Shown one piece after another: positions 1-64,000 of a stretch of DNA of 64,000 nucleotides. Position 1 is the stretch's first letter; every line of letters starts with the position of its first letter. A program made the position numbers and the translations under genes. Source of the DNA: Vicugna vicugna (Eukaryota); contig MU057744.1 of NCBI GenBank assembly GCA_013265495.1, positions 1,192,356 through 1,256,355 of the forward strand, given 5' to 3'. The notes under the pieces are model-generated. The model did no database searches and was not told the origin of the DNA. It saw only the letters and a list, made by a program, of their open reading frames with translations.

Positions 1-210
1 GAACCTGCAGAAACAGTAGCTACCTCCTAAACGCATCTGTCAGCGAAAAGGCTCTCCAGTTAGCGGGATATTGAGACACAATTTCTGAGCAGATGGATGT
101 CTGATATTCCTTGCCTTCTGAAATTTCAAAAATTCATAAAATCTCTATCCTTCTTTTGGCCTCTTCTCCCCAGTGCCACCTGCCTACATGTAAAGATTGA
201 TGGTCAACAA

Positions 211-345
211 GGGTGGAGGGGACAGCTCAGTGGTGGAGCAGTGCTCAGCATGCATGAGGTCCTGGGTTCAATCCCTAGTCCCCCCATCAAATAAATAAAT
301 AAATACTTAATTACCTTATTGCCCCTCCACTCCCAGAAAGAAAAA
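211..345 (+). mobile_element. tRNA-Ala-derived camelid SINE (vic-1 type)
   Basis: AGCTCAGTGGT...GGTCCTGGGTTCAATCCC head, A-rich linker, TAATTACC tail, TSD AAAGATYGATGGTCARCAA. Confidence 0.9.
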
Positions 346-361
346 GATCGATGGTCAGCAA

Positions 362-856
362 CAGATGACTGGATAAAGATGTGGTGTATATATATACAAC
401 AGAATATTACTCAGTCATAAAAAAGAAATGAAATAGTGTCATTTGCAGCAACATGGATGGATCTAGAGATTATCATACTAAGTGAAGTAAGTCAGACAGA
501 GAAAGATACCACTTAGATGTGGAATCTAAAAAAATGACACAGATGAAAACTTATTTACAAAACAGAAATAGGCTCAGACACAGAAAACAAACTTATGGTT
601 ACCAAAGGGAAAAGAGGGGGTGGAGGGATAAGTTAGGAGCTTGAGGTTAACAGATACACACTACTGTATATAAAATAGACAACACGGACCTACAGTACAG
701 CACAGGGAACTACATTCAGTATCTTACAATAACCTACAATGGGAAAGAATCTGAAAAAGAATATGTGTATGTATATGTATGACTGAATCACTTTGCTACA
801 CACCAGAAACTAAGACAACCTTGTAAACTAACTATACTTGAATTAAAAACAAAAAA
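362..856 (+). mobile_element. L1 3' fragment (end of ORF2 + 3' UTR + A tail)
   Basis: TCATTTGCAGCAACATGGATGGATCTAGAGATTATCATACTAAGTGAAGTAAGTCAGACAGAGAAAGA L1 signature, A-rich end. Confidence 0.92.
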
Positions 857-2029
857 AGATCAATGGTCAAGAAGTTAAGTCAACAACATCAAGACAAGGC
901 TGACCTTAGGAAGACTGACCCACATGTAGTGATACGGAAGCTATCCAAGATGCAGTGTTCTATTTAAAAACAGGAAGTTGCACAAGAGTTCATACAGCTT
1001 AATCTTATTTAAGTTAAAAAATACTTATGGAAAAGCATTACATTTATAAGTTTACATTGATTAAAAAAAACAAACAGGCAAACTGGAATACCCCCAAGCG
1101 CTGCTGAATAGGCTGCATCCGCACGCCCGCCCACCGGCCCCTTTTCACTGCGAGGGACTCTGAACCTCGCGGCAACTCAAGAAGACTGTAAACACCACCA
1201 ACAGGAAAGAGAATGTGGGTTGATGCATGAGTAAATGTTGCAGATGCCAAGGATTTCACGTTGTTTTAAGTCTGTGCTTAACAATAAGCAACAATAGTTG
1301 AGCTGAATTTTCTCTCTCGTGACTTTACCCACGCTGCTTTCTCGTTCTGTGAAAAAGACTTAGGTGTCTTAACTGACAGCAAGTTCAACCGTAGGCGGCC
1401 CAAAATATCAAATGCAAAGTTAAACTGGATGAATAGATGTGATGTTCAGCCTGAGGTGAGGTATTGTTCTCTGAGCTGGCGAGAACACAGCTGGAGTAAT
1501 AAAGAGGATCATTTATGATAAATGTGACATGTAACTCCCTGTGAAAAAACAAGTAGTACCAAACTGTATGAAAGAAATAGATGAAGTTCCTGCATCTTTC
1601 CACCCCCTACCCATTCGCCATGGTTGGCTGATACGAACAGTTTGGAGTGTATTCTTCTGAATACAAACATTTTAAAGACACACATAATTTTCTTCTACAG
1701 AAGATATCTCTTTTGCAACTTGCTTTTCATTTCTAAATCACAGACATCACAATTTCGAGATGTTCCATAATTCCCCGAATCAACTCCCCATGCGTGGACA
1801 TTTGTCCCTGTCTATGAGGTAGGTTCATAAAAATGGAATTTCTGGGTCATAGGTTGCATTTACAATTTTTGATAGGTAGTAAAAAAAACATTCTTTCCAA
1901 AAAGGTTGCCCAGAAGTCACATTTTAGAAACATTATATATATATACATACAGGAGTGTGTCTGGGGAAAAAAATTAAGTGGTAATATGAAACACCTGTTG
2001 GATGGATGGGTTTTGTAATAAGTCACTTC

Positions 2030-2210
2030 GTATTTGAGCTGTGTGGCCTTGGACAAGTTATGTAACCTCTTCAAGTCCCAGTTTCCTCATTTGTAAAATG
2101 GAGATTCTAGCTCCTCTCTCCTCTGTGGCTGTGCAGATTTTAATGAGACAATTTATGTAACATGATTGCCACAGTGTTTATCACATACAGAACTCTTAAT
2201 AGATGCTGTT
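2030..2210 (+). mobile_element. MIR SINE
   Basis: Core GCTGTGTGGCCTTGGACAAGTTA...CAGTTTCCTCATTTGTAAAATGGAGAT. Confidence 0.85.
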
Positions 2211-2250
2211 ATGGTGAAAAATCTGGAAAACAAGTGTCATGAGATAAATT

Positions 2251-2352
2251 GGGGGAGGGTGTAGCTCAGCGGTAGAGCACGTGCTTAGCATGCATGAAGT
2301 CCTGGGTTCAACCCCCACTCCCTCCATTTAGAAATATAATAACAATAAAAAA
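2251..2352 (+). mobile_element. vic-1-type SINE (short form)
   Basis: GGGGAGGGTGTAGCTCAGCGGTAGAGCACGTGCTTAGCATGCATG...; TSD ATAAATTGG. Confidence 0.9.
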
Positions 2353-3139
2353 TAAATTGGTACAAAATCTTGAAAGGACCATGCGAGTGAGAATCTCTGA
2401 AACTTAAGATTCATTAAATTTACCTCCAGATGGGTCCATTTTGAGGTAGTGAGACTTCTGGGACTGGGAAGTTATTTTCAGGGTCACACCAGCCATAGGT
2501 CTAGAAATAGTACAAATGAGCAAGGTTTTAAATTTTTAAAATTTTTTATGGTGTTCTTCAGTGGATTCCTATACCAGATGGGAGTCTGACTAGATAACAT
2601 CTAACAGCTCTGGAATTCTTCAGTCTATGAATCTGAACGTTATTAAAATAGATGGAAGTGGCCTAACTATCTTTCGGAGAAAGATAGAACAAGCAATTCA
2701 CAGTGTTTGTTCTTCTTCCTCAAACAATCCATAGTTCCTAAAAGTTCAGGTTCTTTGGGGGACAAGAATTGTGTGGTTACACTGCAGGGGAAAACTGAAA
2801 AGCGTGAGAGGGCCCAAGAACAGACGGTAGGCGGGGGTTCGATATTGATACAATGGAAGGAGGGAGCCAGCAGCAGGACTCCGACAACCACCGCTTCAAT
2901 ACCTCTGGCAGGTAATTTGGATCCTTCTGCATCTCAAGGATATTTTGGAGGCGTGGAAAGAGATTGCAGTTCTTGAGCCGTGGGATTTTTCATTAGCTTG
3001 AGGTGAGAAAATGGCTGGTTGAGGTTTAGGCAGTTGACCGGAAGGAAGACAGAGAGAGGAGCCAGTGGGAATGGAGCCGTGACCTTGAATTCACTCCATC
3101 ACTAATGAGTGGGTCCCAGACAGGCCCCCAGCCCCCTGG

Positions 3140-4108
3140 CGGTGGCAAACAGCAGCCCTGGGCTCAAGTATTCAGGAACCCATGTTGTCCACAGATGTGC
3201 TGTCATCCAGACTTTAACGCTGCATTTAGAGAGCACAGGCAGGGTGGATTTAGCAGCATTCTTATGGGCCCCAGGATTTTTGGAATGGTAGCTGAGCGCT
3301 GGCTCCAACTGAAAGTCACCAGCTGCATCAGACCCTACCAAGAGAGTCAGCCTGTCCTTTGTGGCTTTCAAGTGAGGCATTGACTTCTCTCCAGCCATGA
3401 AAGCCCGAAGCGGCATCTTCTTCCAGTGGAAGGCTGTTAGACCTGCATTGAAAATCTGTCATTCAGCGTAGCCACCTCTGTGAGCTAGATCTTCCGGAGG
3501 ACTGGCTGCAGCTTCCAGATCAGCTTCTGCTGGTTCATCTTGTACTCTGATGTTATGGGGACGGCTTCTCTCCTTAAACATCACGAACCCACCCCTGCTG
3601 GCTTCAGACTCCTCTTCTGTAGCTTCCTCACCCCTCTCAGCCTTCGCAGAACTGGAGACAGAGATAGGGCCTGGCTCTGGATTAGACTTTGGTTTAAGGG
3701 AATGTTGCGGCTGTTTGATCTTCCATCCAGAACACTCAAGCTTTCTTCCTATCAGCAATAAAGTTTTTCACAGAAACAGACTCCCAGACATGGAGAACAA
3801 ACTTACAGTTTCCAGGGCGAAAGGGGTAGAAAGGGATAAATTGGGAGTTAGAGATTTGCAGGTACTACTATATATAAAATACATGAACAATAAGTTTCTA
3901 CTGTACAGCACAGAGAACTGTATTCAATATCTTGTAGTAACCTATAATGAAATAGAATATGGAAACAAATGTATGTATGTATGCATATGCATGACTGGAA
4001 CATGATGCATCTCAAAATTAATGAATAAATTTAAAAAATAAGTGTGTTTTACTATCTCATCATTCATGTATTTACTGGAATATCATTTTAAATTTCCTCC
4101 AAGAACTT
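3140..4108 (-). mobile_element. Tigger1 (TcMar) DNA transposon internal fragment, interrupted by an L1
   Basis: Minus-strand translation KSMPHLKATKDRLTLLVGSDAAGDFQLEP...KSTLPVL...WMTAHL resembles Tigger1 transposase; frameshifted; continues after the L1 at about 4040-4108. Confidence 0.88.
3765..4040 (+). mobile_element. L1 3' UTR fragment inserted into Tigger1
   Basis: CAGAAACAGACTCCCAGACATGGAGAACAAACTTA...GTACAGCACAGAGAACTGTATTCAATATCTTGTAGTAACCTATAATG, A-rich tail. Confidence 0.88.
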
Positions 4109-4165
4109 GAGGACCCATGGGGGGTTACCCCTCCAACAAAATCACTGAAGTTCTTTTCATTCTTT

Positions 4166-4179
4166 TGGCTGGCTGGCTG

Positions 4180-4211
<32 letters not shown>

Positions 4212-4232
4212 TCTTTCTTTCTTTCTTTCTTT
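4166..4232. repeat. Compound microsatellite (GGCT)n(GCTT)n(TTTC)n
   Basis: Direct reading. Confidence 0.9.
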
Positions 4233-4239
4233 CTCTATT

Positions 4240-6450
4240 TCATTTTGGAGAGTTTCCATTTTTATGCTTTCAAATTCACTAATCTTTCCTTCTGCAACCT
4301 CTAATCTGCCCTTAATCCCACCCAGTGTATCTCTCCTCTCAGATATTGTATTCTTATTTCTAGAAGTTTCATTTGGATCTTTTTAGAAATTTTCTTCCGT
4401 GTTTCTGTTGAACTTTTTGAACACACGGGATACAGCTGTAGAACCTGTTCTGCTGTCTTGTCTGCTCACTCTGAGGTCTGTGTCAGCCCTCCGTCAGTTT
4501 TGAATGATTGCTATTTTCAGTATGGGCTGTATTTTCCTGCTTCGTTGGACATGTGGGAACCTCTGGTTGGGTGCCAGATACTGTGACTTTTACCTTGTCG
4601 AGTGCTAGATATTTCTGTACTCCTATAAATCCTGAGCTTTGTTCTGTGATGTAGTTCAGTCACTTGGAAACAGCTGAGTTACGTGGAAACAAGTCACTTG
4701 GAAAGAGTGTTATCCTCTGGGGTCTTGCTTGTATAACTAGAGGATTGTTGTACGACTTTTTTTAGGCCAGCTGAGAGCAGTGCTTGCTCTAGGACTAGCC
4801 TGGGAAACATTAATTCCATACTACAGGTAGTCTAGGAATAACCACTCCCACCCTGCGACTAGTCCAAGAGGAATTCTATTGAAGCAAGGCCTTCCTTGGT
4901 ACTCTGCTCAGTGCTCCAGCCGACAAGCTGTCTCCAGGCTGTAAATGGAGGCAGCCGTAGGACCCCCCTCGTTGCCTTCCCACTTCTCAGGACTCCTTTC
5001 CTTCACTGCATGATGCCTGGCGTGTTGAAAGGCCGTTGTTGCAAGATGCTTTGTTCCCCCACCCCCGCCCCAGTTGTTTCAAGACAAAAGGTGCTTCCAG
5101 TCCTAACACTCCGTCTTGGCCAGAAGGATAAGTCTCTTTACTAATTGCTTGACTTTAGCTGTAATTTCTTTAAGCTTTTTTTTTTCCTATCCTCCCATTT
5201 CAGGGACTCCAATTACACAAATATTAGGCTGCTTGAAGTTTTACCACAGCTCACGGATCCTCTGCTCGCTTTTTTAAGTCTCTCTTTTTTTCTCTCCACG
5301 TTTCACACTGGATTGTTTCCGTTGCTAAGTCTTTTGTTAGGCAATGTCAATCCTGGTGTTGAACCCATTTGGAGTATTTTTAATCTCAGATGTACTCTTC
5401 ATCTCTAGATGTCCAGTCTGCGTCTTTTTAAAATCTCTTCCATGTCTCTACCTAGCATGTTCGATCTGCTCTCCAGCCTATTGAATATATGGAACACAGC
5501 AGTAATGATTTTTTAAAAAACTGAAGTATAGCTGACTTAGCAGTCATTTCTTCTAATCTGCTTTCCCACTGACTATCGTGTGTCAGTTTTGGATCTGTTT
5601 TGATTGTTCTCATTGTGGATCACGCTTTCCTGTTTTGTCGGTGGGGGGTGTTGGGGAAGGTAATTAGGTTTTATTTATTCATTTTTAGTGGAGGTACCGG
5701 GGATTGAACGCAGGACCTCATGCATGCTAAGCACACATTCTACCACTGAGCTACACCCTCCCTGCTACTCCCCTGTTTCCTTGTACCCCTGGTAGTATTT
5801 GATAGTTGCCAGTGCAAATGTTACCTTGCTAAGAGTTGAATGTTTGTGTACTCCTCTGGGTATTTTTGAGCTCTGTTTTGGAACTCAGTTGCGTGACTTG
5901 AAAACAGTTTGATCCTTTCAGGTCTTGCTTTTGGGCTTTTTCAGGTAGGAACCACACATCATCAGTTTAGGGCTAGTGTTCGCCCCCCCTCCCCTGCCCC
6001 CTTACTTCTGGAATTCTGTCTGATGCCCTGTGAATTGTGAGGTTTTCCACTCTGGTTAACGGAAATGGGAACTATTCCTAGCCCTTTGTGAGCTCCAAGA
6101 GTCATTCCTTCTAATCCTTTCAGGTGTGTCGTTCCTCCGCCTCAGGTGTTTTTAATCCCATGCATTCACTGATGAGACTCGAGGGAGACCCTCTGCAGCC
6201 TCTGGGGTTCTCTCTCTGCACAGCTTTCTCTTCTTCTGCAATCAGCTTTAGGCAGTAAGCTGGGGAAGTCAGACTTCTCGTGTCATTTACTTCCTGCCTC
6301 TCAGGGACCGTCATCCTTCCTTGCCTGATGGTCAAGATCTTAAAAAGCTTTGCTTAATGTATTCCCTACCCCCACCCCCAGATTTTACTTGTTTCAGGCA
6401 GGATTGTAAATCTGCTGTCTTTTAATACATCTCATCTGGAAGCCAAGGTC
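4240..6450 (-). mobile_element. Old degenerate L1M-type fragments
   Basis: T-rich antisense-L1-like sequence with repeated related segments (e.g. ACTTGGAAACAG...TCTTGCTT at about 4660 and 5895); subfamily not determinable by eye. Confidence 0.55.
5633..5762 (-). mobile_element. vic-1-type SINE
   Basis: GGTAATTAGGTTT...GGGGATTGAACGCAGGACCTCATGCATGCTAAGC...ACTGAGCTACACCCTCCC. Confidence 0.9.
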
Positions 6451-6634
6451 CTCACAATTTTTGAAGCCTAATGTTAACAGTTTTTGTAATTGTTGGTCCA
6501 GTTTCTAATAGCTTAAATTCACTCATACACTTCTTTGGAGATTATGATTTTAACCCAGAATTTAAACTTTAAACTTTAAACTTTGACTTTAAATCCAAGC
6601 GATTAGCTCAGTCACTCTTTCTAAGGAACTTTGT

Positions 6635-6745
6635 CCCATCAACAAGTATTTGAGCACCTACTGTGTAGCAGGCACATTTCTAGTTGCTGGGGGTTACAGC
6701 TGTGAACAAGATCCCTGGCCTCAGGAGGTTCATCTTCTAGTGGGT
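6635..6745 (-). mobile_element. L2 3' end fragment
   Basis: CAACAAGTATTTGAGCACCTACTGTGTAGCAGGCAC...GTGAACAAGA typical antisense L2 end. Confidence 0.75.
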
Positions 6746-7626
6746 ACGTCTTAAAAAATCTTAGCGTGATGTATTTGCTAATTTGTCAAGCCTTTCTGCA
6801 GGAAGCTCAAAACAGTAAAACTAAGTGATGTAAAAATTCGAAGGAACAATGGTAAATCCAGGCACACTTTCAGCTTGAAACCCGTCAACAAATTGTTAGC
6901 CCTGAACCACAGTTGCATCTGTGGGCAACTGGCATGCAATCTGGACATGAGGTGCGGGAGGCAAGTGCCCTCCTGCCTGTCAGCTAGCCTCTGGATTCCC
7001 AGCACCTGACACAGCGTCTGGGTAAGAGAAGGTGCTTAAAGCGATGACAAAAATTCAACCTCCTCTTCAAGGGCCCTCATCTTGGCTCCTGCAGGGGCAT
7101 GCCTGACGGGACACAGCTAGCCAGCACCAAGGGATGAAAAGGCTTAAGTGCGATGCATCGGGGGAGATGGAAATGTAACCAGAAGCAGGCTGCGGTCCTC
7201 CATTGTCAGTTCTTTTAAATTTACGACCGGCAGGTGAGAGCCGACACTTCCTGCCTTTGCTTTGGTTCCTGACTTTTTTTTTTAACAGGGTTGGTCCAAG
7301 TCGCTTGCCTTGATTTCCCCAGGCGAGGGCAGGGAGGAGAGGATGAAGAAAGAGGGGCTTCTGTGGCTGCTAAACGTCACTTGTTTACGGTCGTAGTATG
7401 TGTGTGGTGTCTCTGAATACGTGGAAATCTACGGAAAACGTGAACATGCCGGACAGCTGGGACGTGCCGGGGGCGCGGTGGGGGGTGGGTCAGGGCCCCG
7501 GGCCCCGTGCGTGTCTCCTCTGGTCCGCGCGCATCCTCGGCTCCGCTCATCCGCCCGGGCGCCCGCGAGCCGGAGCGTGAGCGGGCGGCGGGGGCCGGTG
7601 CCGGCGGCCGCCGTGCGCGGCGCGGC

Positions 7627-7772
7627 NNNNNNNNNNNNNNNNNNNNNNNNNNNNNNNNNNNNNNNNNNNNNNNNNNNNNNNNNNNNNNNNNNNNNNNNNN
7701 NNNNNNNNNNNNNNNNNNNNNNNNNNNNNNNNNNNNNNNNNNNNNNNNNNNNNNNNNNNNNNNNNNNNNNNN
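7627..7772. other. Assembly gap (146 N) in the GC-rich promoter/5' UTR
   Basis: Run of n characters. Confidence 1.
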
Positions 7773-7828
7773 GCCCGCCCGCCCGCGTCTCCGCCCGCCG
7801 CCCGCCCGTCCGCCGAGCCCCGAGCACC

Positions 7829-64000
<56,172 letters not shown>

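Noticed and set aside
3102..3758. TIGD1-like transposase gene
   Set aside because: Fragmentary, frameshifted and interrupted by an L1; fossil Tigger1

Overview
Mammalian genomic DNA containing the 5' flank, CpG-island promoter (partly hidden by a 146-nt N gap) and coding exons 1 to partial 18 of ACTN2 (sarcomeric alpha-actinin-2) on the + strand. All 17 introns are GT-AG and the frame is continuous (exon sizes 126,115,120,87,88,79,82,86,93,231,148,151,109,141,183,135,180; exon 18 runs off the window). About 23 copies of a tRNA-Ala-derived SINE of the vic-1 type point to a camelid (alpaca/camel) genome. The introns also carry young L1 3' fragments, older L1M/L2/MIR, Tigger1, MER3, MLT1 and ERV LTR relics. 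No prokaryote-type system, CRISPR array or second protein-coding gene is supported. The most interesting structure is an apparent splicing/NMD control module around exons 7-9: (i) exon 9 has anomalously low GC3 and carries six stop codons in the frame entered when exon 8 is skipped; (ii) intron 8 has QKI (ACTAAY) and RBFOX (TGCATG) motifs and a candidate 14/17-nt poison micro-exon; (iii) a second candidate poison exon in intron 6 shares the same GACTAACGCT branch/QKI 10-mer; (iv) a 130-bp tandem duplication sits just upstream of exon 8; (v) I could not find the mutually exclusive alternative exon 8 known from human ACTN2. Several muscle-type enhancer motif clusters (MEF2, CArG, E-box, MCAT, GATA) lie in intron 1. 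Repeat boundaries are approximate and read by eye.
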